A DNA stretch of 64,000 bases, taken from Candidatus Krumholzibacteriota bacterium. Its GTDB lineage: Bacteria > Krumholzibacteriota > Krumholzibacteriia > JAJRXK01. How positions within the stretch are numbered: position 1 is the first letter of the stretch; the number at the start of each line of letters is the position of its first letter. Shown here in pieces: positions 30,501 through 41,490 of the stretch. A program made the position numbers and the translations under genes. Under the pieces are notes generated by a model that saw only the letters and a program-made list of their open reading frames with translations, did no database searches and was not told the DNA's origin. The DNA lies in assembly GCA_963806035.1 (NCBI GenBank), contig CAWDWO010000007.1, positions 36,973 to 100,972 of the forward strand. The letters are read 5' to 3'.

Positions 30501-33075
30501 AGCCGCGCTGCGTGGCCAGACCGAGAGAATCCGTCTCTCCCACTCCGGAGAGAATCCCGTCCAGCAAATCGCTGGAAAACAAGGTCACCTCGGCGCCCGC
30601 TACTGGATTTCCATAGGAGTCGCTCGCCAAAGCCGCGACGAGTTCCGTGCCACCCACCACGAGGTTCCTCGGCCCGTTGGGTTGAAGGACGAGACTGCTC
30701 ATCGGACCCGCAGTGGCGATGGCGTTGAAGTTCACCGAAGGCGCGAAGGAAGATTCCGCTGACAGACTCTGGAGACCCGCCACCGTGCCCAACTCCCAGA
30801 GAGCACAGCTCGCGTATCCGAGCGAATCGCTCAGGGCCGTGTTCTGGTCGCCGGGAGTGAGAGGGTCCGTGTCCACACGTCCACCGTCGGCCAAAATGAA
30901 CTGCACGGTGGCTCCGCTCACTGGATTGCCAAAGGCATCCAGCGCGCGCGTCCGCAGAGCTTGCGCGACGGCAGTCCCCACGGTGGCGCTCTGTCCGTCT
31001 CCCGCGGTCAGCTGCAGATCGCTTGCGGGCGCTGCGAGGAAGCTCAGATCCGCGCTGCCGGATGCCGATCCGTCGCTGAGGATGACTGTCAGATCCTCCG
31101 CCAGCGTGTTGGTGAGTTGCAGCTCGACTCTTCCCGAATCGGCCGCTGCGAAGCTGTAGTCCGCCTCGCCGCCGGGCAGAGGAGTCAGGCTTCCCGCGCC
31201 GCTGCTGGCCCAGTTCAGATTGCTCCCGTCGCCCGAACTCGAACTCGAAAGGTGCACCGTGCCGCCGTAGTTACCCACGCGATTTCCCGTGGCATCCAAC
31301 GCGTCCGCGCGAATTGCGAGGGCCGTTCCCGCGCTTCCGATGGCGCCTGCCGGCAGGCTCAACGCAAAATGGTCCAGTGGCCCGGCTACGAATTCCAGAT
31401 TCAGTGGGGGACCTACCGGCAAGCCGTCGAGGCTCGCCTGTGCTGTTCCCGCGCCGGGGGTGGTGGAGCGCAAGCTCGCATGAAACTGTCCCGAGGCATC
31501 GGTGCTCGCGTCCAGTTTTTCGAGCTGCCACGCGGCCGGGAGCGTGAAACCGATGCGACTCGAGTCGATGTTCGCTACGGCATTGCCGAAAGCATCCTCC
31601 ATACGCAGAAGCAAGCCGATGGTGTCGACTCCGTCGGCGACCGCGGAGGCATCGCCGGAGAGCGTGGTCGAGGAAGAATCGACGGAAGAGGCCGTGAACT
31701 CGACGAGGGGTTGGGAGCTGAGCGTCACGCCCGCGGCCGTTACGCTCACGGGCCTGACGCCAGCGCTCGTCGAACGAAGCCTTGCCGCGAATTTGCCGTC
31801 AGCCGCGCTCGATCCACTCAGCTTTTCCACTGCCACCGCACTGGAGCTGATCACGATCTGCGCGCTGTCGACGCCAGCCACTGCATTGTCGAAGGCATCG
31901 CGCAGGGTTGTCTGCAGGGTCGTGAAATCAGAGCCGTCGGCGAGCGCCGGCCCGGCAAGGACAGCCGTGGAATGATCGGGGTCCACCGGTCCCGCGCTGA
32001 AGTCGAGATCGAGAGTGTCGCTCAGCGCCACTCCGCCCACTGAAACCGCGAGACGGCGGGCCGATGCGACAGTGGTGCGCAGAAGCGTCGCGAAGGACCC
32101 ATCCAGGGCCGAGTTCGCCGCCTGCTTTTCGACGCTGAGCCCATCCCCCAATACCGTGAAAACGATGGAGGAGGAATCGACTTGCGAAACCGCGGTTCCG
32201 CCGCTGTCGCGAAGAACGAGATCCACTTGGATAGCGTCGACACCGTCGGCCACGGCAGACGTGCCGCCACTCAGACTGGATTGTACCGGGTCGACTGCTC
32301 GTGGTGTGAAGATCACGGTGGGGTGAGTGTCGAGCGTCGAGCCGTCCACGACCGCATCCAGGCTCCAAGAGCCCGCCAGAAGCGTTCTGACTCGCAGGGG
32401 AAAGCTGCCGTCGGCCGCGCTGGCCGCTGTCGGCTTCTCGACCGAATAAGCGGGAGCTGACAGTGCAACCGAAATGCGCGCGCTGTCCACCCCGGCAATC
32501 GTGTTCCCGAACGCGTCGCGCAGAATCAGAGTGACCGAGCTGAAGGCGCTCCCGTCGGCCACTACCGGAGAAGTCGCACTCACGGAGCTCTGCTGAGAAT
32601 CGACTGCGGCGGGAATCAGGGTGATGGTGGTTTGATCGAAACCCAAGTCCGGAGCCGCGGAAGATCCGTCGACCACGGTGAGCCCGACCGGCAGCGAGTT
32701 GAGGTGGGTGGCGCGAAACAGGAGGTCCACTCCGGAGGAATCGGCGGCAATGCTCGCTGAACTCACCGCGGGACCCCCCACGAAGCGGTGATAGCTTCCG
32801 GAGGAGTTGTCGCTGAAGAGGTCGATCACCTGTGAGGCGGACACCGGCGAGGGATCACCGGTACTGTCCACGCTGAGGACCCGAATGGGCAGGTACTCCC
32901 CCGCGGTCGCCGTGTCCGAGGAGGTCTGGATCATCAGCGCGGATGGGGGTTGCGCGGCAAGGGAGGCGCGGGGCAGAAGCACACAGAAGCACACCGTGCT
33001 GAGGAGCAGGGAAACTCGTCTCAACGGTGCGAGACGATCGTGAATGCGCGTGAGTGGTCCCGGCATGGTGTTCAT
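24523..33075 (-). CDS. Giant (2850 aa) secreted adhesin-like protein with tandem Big_1-type Ig-like repeats, CARDB-like repeats and a C-terminal T9SS sorting domain
   Basis: Signal peptide ...LLLSTVCFCVLLPRASLAA. At least four ~100-aa repeats carry V(A)DG.D...L.LRDAFGN.V..VDS..I (invasin/intimin Big_1-like). Multiple (V/L).(V/L).N.G.a segments are CARDB-like. The C-terminal YPNPFVPSREPATLSYSLPQSGPVEIEIFDLLGKRV...GVYICRV is the T9SS CTD signature. Confidence 0.8.
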   Translation of the reverse strand: MNTMPGPLTRIHDRLAPLRRVSLLLSTVCFCVLLPRASLAAQPPSALMIQTSSDTATAGEYLPIRVLSVDSTGDPSPVSASQVIDLFSDNSSGSYHRFVGGPAVSSASIAADSSGVDLLFRATHLNSLPVGLTVVDGSSAAPDLGFDQTTITLIPAAVDSQQSSVSATSPVVADGSAFSSVTLILRDAFGNTIAGVDSARISVALSAPAYSVEKPTAASAADGSFPLRVRTLLAGSWSLDAVVDGSTLDTHPTVIFTPRAVDPVQSSLSGGTSAVADGVDAIQVDLVLRDSGGTAVSQVDSSSIVFTVLGDGLSVEKQAANSALDGSFATLLRTTVASARRLAVSVGGVALSDTLDLDFSAGPVDPDHSTAVLAGPALADGSDFTTLQTTLRDAFDNAVAGVDSAQIVISSSAVAVEKLSGSSAADGKFAARLRSTSAGVRPVSVTAAGVTLSSQPLVEFTASSVDSSSTTLSGDASAVADGVDTIGLLLRMEDAFGNAVANIDSSRIGFTLPAAWQLEKLDASTDASGQFHASLRSTTPGAGTAQASLDGLPVGPPLNLEFVAGPLDHFALSLPAGAIGSAGTALAIRADALDATGNRVGNYGGTVHLSSSSSGDGSNLNWASSGAGSLTPLPGGEADYSFAAADSGRVELQLTNTLAEDLTVILSDGSASGSADLSFLAAPASDLQLTAGDGQSATVGTAVAQALRTRALDAFGNPVSGATVQFILADGGRVDTDPLTPGDQNTALSDSLGYASCALWELGTVAGLQSLSAESSFAPSVNFNAIATAGPMSSLVLQPNGPRNLVVGGTELVAALASDSYGNPVAGAEVTLFSSDLLDGILSGVGETDSLGLATQRGLTDGNGLIHVMYRAPSTAGLQDVLDASSSQVSSGAVNDLVYSSVVGNASAIRLSPPAGAVEAGVEGSFGLSLVDSFANLSSSSSATVIVHADPATGLVFSAQSGGPYLDTLNLAVSGQATVYYQGSLAGTHAFSADDSAALLDGDSGSLQILAGTMVAEYQLAYPATATAGAPFSLSATAYDAFGNLASAASDSFSFDLVDGADSTVVVPLPLNVSEGQLIGGSFSTSLQRIDTAGSYHIRLSAKGKGYLGPLLSVGSGSAYELVSTGADTLSGVTAGSSVDLGVQVLDALGNSVGNQTLNVLQLEGGTLQAGPASSDANGHATFTVLTDSTVQTLRLRVGILDGSPVARETVLFVVNTVAGPIASLAVLPSQTSVIAGQALPLTITALDAAGNRVLAAADSVELSSTGTGIVLTPSEGALNAGLLSASARDTLVEQFSVTASLKSQPSINAQSPLIEVSAGAAFRLSAVGDTLQSAPAGTTVTLLARVADSYGNAVSGVPVRLSLLSAPSGASLEDPSVPTDDGLASTDANGELSFVLHLSTSSGEHRVGASILDGTPGSLETVRWTVEALPGSADHLELSISDTLLTAGTPNSLTIVARDSAGNEVDLAGELAFNSSPSVLSVTPSPASLVAGKATVDLSAQQAGPLTLDVSLAALPAVGGSLNNLLVVPASPSGTIPVPIVDPSENTANGVSVTRLSAGPIRDAFGNVVAAGSSVDVSANGGAIISDDLDPQRSGIQRLSDGSGMVGLRLASPLTAGTVTVSFASAAAMGSADAIFVSPASLALDGALTPAAAVPGQNLNFSITLQNTGGVDAILDAGLSQLKIEDGQGGVLAASLPSDTVVPASSSQVLNFSTATLPASFALGSFRPTLQLAGQDTHGQAVSSFIVLPQGSFLVSGLAIRSVSHETQAVPGDTLNVRVTVENLGAGSVGISQLALQSSPAADFTLVDQDPLGAVAAGGQRDLSSRVRVGSATPPGNYRFVARVTGTVAGAEFTAPADSSATPLSVSSASQLELVDKSVTPSRIHHGANLLLKARVKNNGGATVSLNAASSFASFGGGLWSGALSSSLALAPGQEAELSFGPTTVDAALGSQSQDLQLHLAGTENSFPFSADLIQVDAISTETPADLVLAATPLDPAAALRGSTVGFKLSLTNQGEAQLVLDPLTTRLDFGEPQGARIGAVLDPLSPASVPTGTTQLAFSPLALPSDLILGTPQGYLRVRGTQNGLPFDSDLPLPNGTLTLFDPAGLRILSTTALNPSAPLSQVNTRQHIGVRVVVGNNAGEAIDSLTVRLAGSATPASSAADISVPRLESSEIDTLYFDTSITTTPGPESLRALIVRALSSTTQQEIVPQSPLDDLANLQVQRPVSLSFRAELVDSVDPLAMSVSPGQIFSVRFAVDQDASVQQSGSWLPVEVDFNSLQGFTLDSQSTLPVQLDPSNPEATIRLVAPSTVQTVDLVAALSRVDLDANDPDARPLTSASSRTLQLEVFGGTAFDTCSLSIISPQGAQDTVLSTGQTFTLQGEVDGPANLQQRSLELLLPPQLALVGGNARQMLTDGQTTVNWQVLCPNTPAAGLLLRTVAHATDVQSSSVLADTCASVNLQVVEAAHAVPRLTILEPNSARDRGELPPGAVVELHGNFVLSGSAQTLPPARLHLSVPSGFSILDGKTASVDLVDPSDEVVWRLQGPTSLDLGVQKITLTAEQIPLDENSGLPAGEATAESSVALSILADPLRLEISDLSDTGPLIGSDRIYERFAVHISNGHPEAVHFTQLALNLVDDAGQPFANPSSFLQTIQVRRTDGTQNWSAAVNGNPVIVPVDLVIDSDSSAAFRVGVQAKADADYVSFRFALDGGSASILDSGGFALSYALLDEEGGGHSLILAGPSVTAKASSEFDAHSYPNPFVPSREPATLSYSLPQSGPVEIEIFDLLGKRVRQWSFAAGSSQAEPGIHDGDVLWDGRNGLGQEVRNGVYICRVRAAGGEIYFRIAVTR
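31395..32625 (-). repeat. Tandem intragenic repeats (~300 nt units encoding Big_1-like Ig domains) within the giant adhesin gene
   Basis: Four consecutive protein repeats recur, with a shared DNA core such as gtcgaca/ctccgtcggc(c/g)ac(g/c)gc roughly every 300 nt. They are diverged and the coordinates are approximate. Confidence 0.5.
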
Positions 33076-33234
33076 CGCAACCCAAGTGTCTGTGGATCAA
33101 GAACTTGGAAAGCAATGACCGTGCCCGGAGCGCGGGAATCCAAAACAGTATTTCAGGAAGGTTTCACGGGGGTCTCGGGCAAGAGAATCGCACGATCCCC
33201 GGCCGGCGGCGTACAGGAACCGGCCACAGCGCCC

Positions 33235-33753
33235 TCAGGATGCGTCCTGGTTGCCCAGCTCGTCCAGTTTGCGCATCCCCTCGAGCATCAGATAGTCGAG
33301 GCTGACGTCGAGCAGAATGTCCTCGTTTTCCGGGTAAATCTGCGAGTAGAAGGCGAAGTTGCCCTCCTCGATCGTCACCAGCTGAAAGACGATTTCCTCG
33401 ATCTGACTGCGCACCGCTTCCTTGAGTTGCTGGTCGGTGATCGAGCCCACCTCGACCAGGATCGTGCCTATCCTCTTCCCGCCGGCCAGACCCGCCTTCA
33501 TCTTCGCGCCCTCGAGTTGGGAGCGCTCCAGGAGCCCGCTGCGCACCAGGTAATCTCCCAGGCGCTCGGTCCGGGCGTCGGTGCGCGCGTAGATCAGTCG
33601 CCCCTGGTGAAAATAGACCCGAGCCCGTTGCTCACAGCCGTGAAGCACCAGTTTACCCGTGGCCTGCGCCAGGTGCAGGAGCTGAAAGATGTTCGCCACT
33701 CCGAAGAGTTCGATTCGGCCCCGCAAATCCAAGTTTCTCTCCCCCGTGAACAC
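33235..33753 (-). CDS. DUF4388 domain protein
   Basis: 172 aa. The G.L....(V/I).....Q.L.....TG.L.........G.IYF..G motif (FTGERNLDLRGRIELFGVANIFQLLHLAQATGKLVL...RVYFHQGRLIYA) is typical of DUF4388 (PatA-N-like). Confidence 0.7.
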   Translation of the reverse strand: MFTGERNLDLRGRIELFGVANIFQLLHLAQATGKLVLHGCEQRARVYFHQGRLIYARTDARTERLGDYLVRSGLLERSQLEGAKMKAGLAGGKRIGTILVEVGSITDQQLKEAVRSQIEEIVFQLVTIEEGNFAFYSQIYPENEDILLDVSLDYLMLEGMRKLDELGNQDAS

Positions 33754-33813
33754 GGCTCAAATCCGCCCAGGACGGCGGACTTTGGACCACCCCGCTTCAG
33801 CAACGCCCCTGTT

Positions 33814-36456
<2,643 letters not shown>

Positions 36457-36494
36457 TGCTCATCCTCCCGGATTGATCCTCAATTGCGGGCAAA

Positions 36495-36521
36495 GCCGAG
36501 AGGAAGGCTCCTGCTCTCGGC
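36495..36521 (-). terminator. Hairpin downstream of the BNR-repeat gene (candidate terminator)
   Basis: 8-bp stem GCCGAGAG/CTCTCGGC with an 11-nt loop, followed on the minus strand by TTTGCCC. It lies in the 168-nt gap between the BNR gene stop and the ppdK start. Confidence 0.35.
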
Positions 36522-36624
36522 GCCCATCGCTAAAAGTGCCAGCGATGATAGGTTGCTGGTCGCGGAGTGTCAAAGTCCTCGACAGAGGCGAAAACGAAGG
36601 AGTGGAGGCCCCGGGCGCTGAGGA

Positions 36625-39048
36625 TCAGCGGATGATCGTCAGCTTTCCTACCCGCTCCCCTCCCTTTGCGTTGGTGATTCTCCAGATATACACGCCACTG
36701 ACGACCTCTCGGCCCTTGGAATTCTTGGTGTCCCAGACGATGGTCCCACGCTGTTCACCGCTCACGACCTCGTTGCTCAACTCCGTCACGAGGTCCCCGG
36801 CCAAGGTGAAGATTTCCGCCTTGGAGTTCAGCGACACGTTGACGAAGTGGATCGAGGAGCCACCCGTTTCGTCCCAACCCGCGTTCCGTCGGAGTGGATT
36901 GGGGACGACCCAGATCTTCGAGAGATCGGGAGAGACCTTCTTGCTGACGGTGAATACCGTGTTGTTGTAGTTGCCCGGGAGAATGTGGTTCTGTGCCTGC
37001 GGCGATGACTCGTATTCCGAACGGGGCGAGAACTCCATGTCCCGATCCAGACCGCGCGGGCTGACGTCGCCGGTGAATCCATAGTCGAAGGTGCTCACCG
37101 CGTAGTGGTAGGTGAAACCATCGTAAATGTCTCGATCGAAGAAGCTCACACGGCCGCCCGGATCATCGAAATTGAAGCAGTTCGCGCGCTTGTCCGCGAA
37201 ACAACCGGGGATGATCCGCGGATTCACCGCGTCGCAGGGAGTCGAGTAACAAAACTCTGGATTATTGAGGTCATAGAGACCGATCAGCTCCCAGAGGGGC
37301 TCCTTGCTGTTGGATACGAACTTCACCGAGCGCCACACTGCGTAGCCCTGGAAGGTCTGCGCCCGTATCGTGAAGGTGTCGCCCGGGCGCAACAATCCGT
37401 TGCTGTCCGCGGTATCGGCGATCATGAACCTCACGGTGAGGCCGATGTCGGCATTGCGCAGATCTTGATCCGATGCGGTCACGTCGACGGTGTCGGTGAG
37501 GGGAATCGGCGCCCCCTCCTCGTAGATCCCTCCACCTCGGCTGGCCAAGAGCAGTTCCCCGGCCCGCGCCGGATTGTAGATCAAGTCTCCCACCTGTAAA
37601 GTAACCGGCGCCACGGTGAGTTCATCATAAAGACGTGTCCAGAGCTGGCCGCCATCGACCGAGTGCAGGATGCCGCTCTCCGGAGTGGTCATGAAGAACT
37701 CACTGGCATTCGACGGGTTCTGGATGATTTTTCGCAGGGAAGGAACGAGACCGTTGGTTCCCTGCGGCAAGAACGCGGTGGAATCCGACCAGCTCAGGCC
37801 GCCATCATTGCTGACGAACAGTCCTCTGGTGGACGAGGCTGCGAGGAGCCGCTGCGGATTGTTGCTGTCGAGAATCAGACTGCGAACGCTCACCTTGCGT
37901 CCCGAGGGATATTGGGCATTGGCACCGATGACCATGCCTTGATCCCTGCGCTCCCAGCTGTCGCCGCCGTCGGTCGTCGCGTAGACGCCCCAGTTCTGCA
38001 GAGCTACGTAGATGAGATTGGGGTCATTTGGAGAACTCACCACGTCATAGACTTGGGGTAGCGCTACTTGGGCGGAATCGGGGCTCGTCGCCGTGGGGCG
38101 AGGCACGAGGAGGGACGAAATGAGAGTCCAGTTGTCGCCGTTGTCCGTGCTCTCGAAGAAGCCCAGCCCGTTGATGGAAAGGAAGAGGCGTCCGGTCTTC
38201 TTGTCGTACCTGATCAAGCTGATCTCTTGCTTACCGCTCGAAATGTTCCGGGCGATACGCACGAAGTTCGCCCCGGCGTCCGTGGACCGATAGAGGCCGT
38301 CCGTCGATCCCACGAAGATGCGATCGGGATTGTCCGGATCCACCGCGATCGAGGAACCCGTAGCGCTCGGATTCTTCAGTTGATCGAGAATGGGATCGTT
38401 CGGCGAACTCAGAGTCACACTCCAGCTCGAGCCACCGTCATCACTGCGCAGCACGGGAATTCCCGGAATGACGACGTAGAGGCGGGTGCTGCCCTGACCA
38501 TCGGACCAAGTGCCGATCGCCTCGACGTTAGTCCGGCTCAGTGACTTGGGAATCCCCTGATTCGCCTGGCTGGCGACTCCCGAGTTGAGATCGATCTGGA
38601 AGACGCCGCCGGAGTTGGAGAGATTCAAGGAGCCCTGGAGAAAGCCTTCGGTTACCGAGGTGCTCTTCCAGATCACCGAGAGCAAGTCCACGGTGGGGTC
38701 GCCCACCGTCCCTCGATTCACGACCGTGAAGACGATATCCCGGTCCGAGTCCAGTTTGTAGGTCCCTTCCACCGTGGGCTCGAATTCCGTCAGATTATCG
38801 GCGCCCGTCAGGGTATAACAGGCGGTGCTGTCAGCGGACTCCGGTTGCCAACTGATTCGATTGCCTTCGACCGGCGCAGCCTGGAAATCGATGGTGAGAT
38901 CCAGTGGCGACCGCAACAGCAAGAAGTCCTGACAGTCACCCTGTGCGCTGGCTACGCTCGGAGCCATTAAAAGGCAGAGTGCGCCGATGAACGTCAGGGC
39001 CGAATGTCGGGCTCGGGGAAACGTGAGGTGCTTGCTTCTCTTCACCGA
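36625..39048 (-). CDS. Secreted BNR/Asp-box repeat protein (sortilin/Vps10- or glycosidase-like beta-propeller) with C-terminal T9SS sorting domain
   Basis: Several Asp-box motifs S.DGG.SW (SDDGGSSWSV, TTDGGDSWER, SNDGGLSWSD, SVDGGQLWTR). The signal peptide ends ...LLMAPSVASAQG. The C-terminal ...GVYIWRITNAKGGERVGKLTIIR is a CTD-like strand pattern. Start approximated at the internal V/K-rich n-region; the ORF-track start is 39126. Confidence 0.7.
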   Translation of the reverse strand, partial: SVKRSKHLTFPRARHSALTFIGALCLLMAPSVASAQGDCQDFLLLRSPLDLTIDFQAAPVEGNRISWQPESADSTACYTLTGADNLTEFEPTVEGTYKLDSDRDIVFTVVNRGTVGDPTVDLLSVIWKSTSVTEGFLQGSLNLSNSGGVFQIDLNSGVASQANQGIPKSLSRTNVEAIGTWSDGQGSTRLYVVIPGIPVLRSDDGGSSWSVTLSSPNDPILDQLKNPSATGSSIAVDPDNPDRIFVGSTDGLYRSTDAGANFVRIARNISSGKQEISLIRYDKKTGRLFLSINGLGFFESTDNGDNWTLISSLLVPRPTATSPDSAQVALPQVYDVVSSPNDPNLIYVALQNWGVYATTDGGDSWERRDQGMVIGANAQYPSGRKVSVRSLILDSNNPQRLLAASSTRGLFVSNDGGLSWSDSTAFLPQGTNGLVPSLRKIIQNPSNASEFFMTTPESGILHSVDGGQLWTRLYDELTVAPVTLQVGDLIYNPARAGELLLASRGGGIYEEGAPIPLTDTVDVTASDQDLRNADIGLTVRFMIADTADSNGLLRPGDTFTIRAQTFQGYAVWRSVKFVSNSKEPLWELIGLYDLNNPEFCYSTPCDAVNPRIIPGCFADKRANCFNFDDPGGRVSFFDRDIYDGFTYHYAVSTFDYGFTGDVSPRGLDRDMEFSPRSEYESSPQAQNHILPGNYNNTVFTVSKKVSPDLSKIWVVPNPLRRNAGWDETGGSSIHFVNVSLNSKAEIFTLAGDLVTELSNEVVSGEQRGTIVWDTKNSKGREVVSGVYIWRITNAKGGERVGKLTIIR

Positions 39049-39064
39049 TCCATCTTCCTCGGGT

Positions 39065-41404
39065 TTAATTCGTAACGTTGATGTTCCAGTTCTGCCCGAT
39101 GATCCAGAGCAGAGCGGTTTCCACATTGTCCAGGTCGAAAGCCAGGGGATTGAATCCCCAGAGGAAGTCCTGCGAGCCCGGCAACTGCTTGTACGGCGAG
39201 TACACGTTGCTGACGATACCGACCGCCGCCCCGTCGATAGGGGAATCCTCTCGGCCGTAGGGCTGGCATGAAGTCTTGGCGTTTGGAATGATCGGATCCC
39301 CCGCCAGGGCCGTGCCGGCAGGCCAGACCTCGTCCCTCGCCGCGCGATGTAGGTACATGGCCATCTGGCAGTCCCGCGGGATGAGAGTGACTTCCCTCTT
39401 GGGAGCGATGTTACGGTTGTAGAACTCTTCCCACTGGTAGCGATAGAAGGCCAGATCCTTGGGATAGTTGTTCGACTGGGGAAGCCTCGGTGAATCGGCC
39501 TTCGTCACGAGATCCTGCACGACACCTTGCGCGCTGGGATACTGCTCCAAGAAGTCCGGATCAACTTCAGCCCTGAACAGATAATCGCAACGCAGGGTGC
39601 TGGTGAGCTCAGCGCCACCGCCTTCACCGGTCCGGCCGTCGCTGACGGGCCGCACCCAGTCGCTCGCATCCAGGCACCAGCCGGTATAGGGCCAGCGCTC
39701 AGTCCCGGCCGGGGTACACGCCCCCTCGTTGGAGAAAGCGGAACAGCCCAGTCCGAGCGGTAACCTCTCCTCGGTATTGTAGACCACGGGGAATTCCACC
39801 GCGAGGTTCTCGATCATGCCCAGACTGGCATAGGGTCCCACGAAGAGAACGTTGCCGATCTTGGACTGATAGACCTCGAGCCAGTTGTATCTCGGTCCGG
39901 CCGTCGTGGGACGCAGTTTAGTGGCGAAGCCCGTGTTGGCACTTTTCCCCTGCACAAACCAGATCACCGACTTATAGCGGTTGATCAGACGGAAATCGAC
40001 GTCCTGTCCCCTGACGTAGTCCACTGAGGGATCGAAGCTCGAAACCTTCCCTGCCAGCATGCTCTCCCATTGTGAACGCCAGGTGATGGCAGGCTCTTGA
40101 TCCTGAGGAAGGTCGTAGTCAGTGACGAAGAGCAGATCCAGCTGCTGCGAGCGCGGAGTGATCTGAACCACTTCGAACTGAAAGGTCCCTCGCGTGATCG
40201 CGCCAGAATTGTCCCGGCACTGCACGACGAAGTTCGGACTACCCTGCTGGAAGGTCCGGGTCGAAGCACGTAGATAGCTGGTCCCACTGCCCCAGGGTAC
40301 CGCCCAACCGGGGTCATCCGGGTCGTTTACGTCCTGGATCTCCCAGCCGAAACGGTAGGCATCGATGATGCCGGCGTAGTCGGAGGCGTCCGCGGTCCAG
40401 CTGAAGTTGAGCGGTTGTCCCGCTGCGATCTCGTAGGTTTTCAGCAGATTGGGACCATTGAACGCCGAGTTCCCCAGGAACTTCTCGGTCACCGACAATG
40501 TCGGCGCCTTCCCCGGTGAAATTCGTACATGACGAACGTTGGTGTTCCATTCCAGGGTGGGAGTGACCGCCCCCGCCACGTCCTTGGCCTGTACCGCGAA
40601 GAAGAACGACTCCCCGACATCCTTGACGGGGAAGGTGACAACCCTCCCGCTGTCCTCGGGCGCGTCATACGCGATCCAATCGCTCCAGTGTCCATTGAAG
40701 ATCTTGGCCGGATCGATGGTCTGGTAGATGAACCGGGTCAGGCAGGTATCCGGACCCAACGCGGGTTCCATCACGTCGCGCGTGTTGACCAGCGCATAGC
40801 GAACCGCCGCCGGATCGCTGGCAACGTTATCCGGGTCGTCGCCTTCCCAGCCGAAGGTCAATGCGCGCGCGGAGGACACACAGTCGATCGTACCCTTGGA
40901 CTTGGGAAGGGTGATGGTGATGGTCGGCGAAAGGGTCGTGGCAGTGAAGGAAACCATCGCCGGCGTTTCGTCCGCCACGCCCAAGTTATCCACCGCACGC
41001 ACGAAAAAGGTATGCGTTTGCCAGTAACGGAAATCCTTGGGATCGGTGATCTGGGGGTTGTCGACATCGGTCTGGAACAATGCGATATCCGCGCTCACCG
41101 AGAAGGTGGAATCGGTCACGACGGTGGAGTGCCACGGCAGACCGAGAGTGTCCGCCTGGTCCACGATGCCGTCCTGGCCGTTGTCGCTGATGCGCCACTC
41201 GAAGTGGTCGACCCAGCCGTCATTGTCCAGCCCGGTCCAGTAGAACTGCACCGTGAAAGAGGTCTGTTCGAGAGCGGGCGGTGTTGCCGTCACTCGGGTG
41301 TCGGGCGGTTGGTTTGCCGTTACTTCGCCCGTGATACCGCTTTGGCAGGCGGTGATCCCCACCGCCAACGCGAGCGATAGAGCGATCCAGATCAGATTCT
41401 TCAT
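39065..41404 (-). CDS. Large hypothetical lipoprotein A (paralog of the adjacent gene)
   Basis: Lipobox MKNLIWIALSLALAVGITAC. About 780 aa of beta-rich sequence with repeated F.W.G.D.D.(G)W modules. The N-terminal ~130 aa align with the downstream paralog (PPDT.VT..P...F...W.G.D.DG.V..F ... F.VRAVD..G..D.TPA). Confidence 0.6.
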   Translation of the reverse strand: MKNLIWIALSLALAVGITACQSGITGEVTANQPPDTRVTATPPALEQTSFTVQFYWTGLDNDGWVDHFEWRISDNGQDGIVDQADTLGLPWHSTVVTDSTFSVSADIALFQTDVDNPQITDPKDFRYWQTHTFFVRAVDNLGVADETPAMVSFTATTLSPTITITLPKSKGTIDCVSSARALTFGWEGDDPDNVASDPAAVRYALVNTRDVMEPALGPDTCLTRFIYQTIDPAKIFNGHWSDWIAYDAPEDSGRVVTFPVKDVGESFFFAVQAKDVAGAVTPTLEWNTNVRHVRISPGKAPTLSVTEKFLGNSAFNGPNLLKTYEIAAGQPLNFSWTADASDYAGIIDAYRFGWEIQDVNDPDDPGWAVPWGSGTSYLRASTRTFQQGSPNFVVQCRDNSGAITRGTFQFEVVQITPRSQQLDLLFVTDYDLPQDQEPAITWRSQWESMLAGKVSSFDPSVDYVRGQDVDFRLINRYKSVIWFVQGKSANTGFATKLRPTTAGPRYNWLEVYQSKIGNVLFVGPYASLGMIENLAVEFPVVYNTEERLPLGLGCSAFSNEGACTPAGTERWPYTGWCLDASDWVRPVSDGRTGEGGGAELTSTLRCDYLFRAEVDPDFLEQYPSAQGVVQDLVTKADSPRLPQSNNYPKDLAFYRYQWEEFYNRNIAPKREVTLIPRDCQMAMYLHRAARDEVWPAGTALAGDPIIPNAKTSCQPYGREDSPIDGAAVGIVSNVYSPYKQLPGSQDFLWGFNPLAFDLDNVETALLWIIGQNWNINVTN

Positions 41405-41490
41405 TGCACCCCTCCCGCACTGGGCAGGCAAGATCGTTTCTCGGGGGTCGGGATTCGTTTTCGCGAGATGGCGAGGCCTCCGCTCGACGC

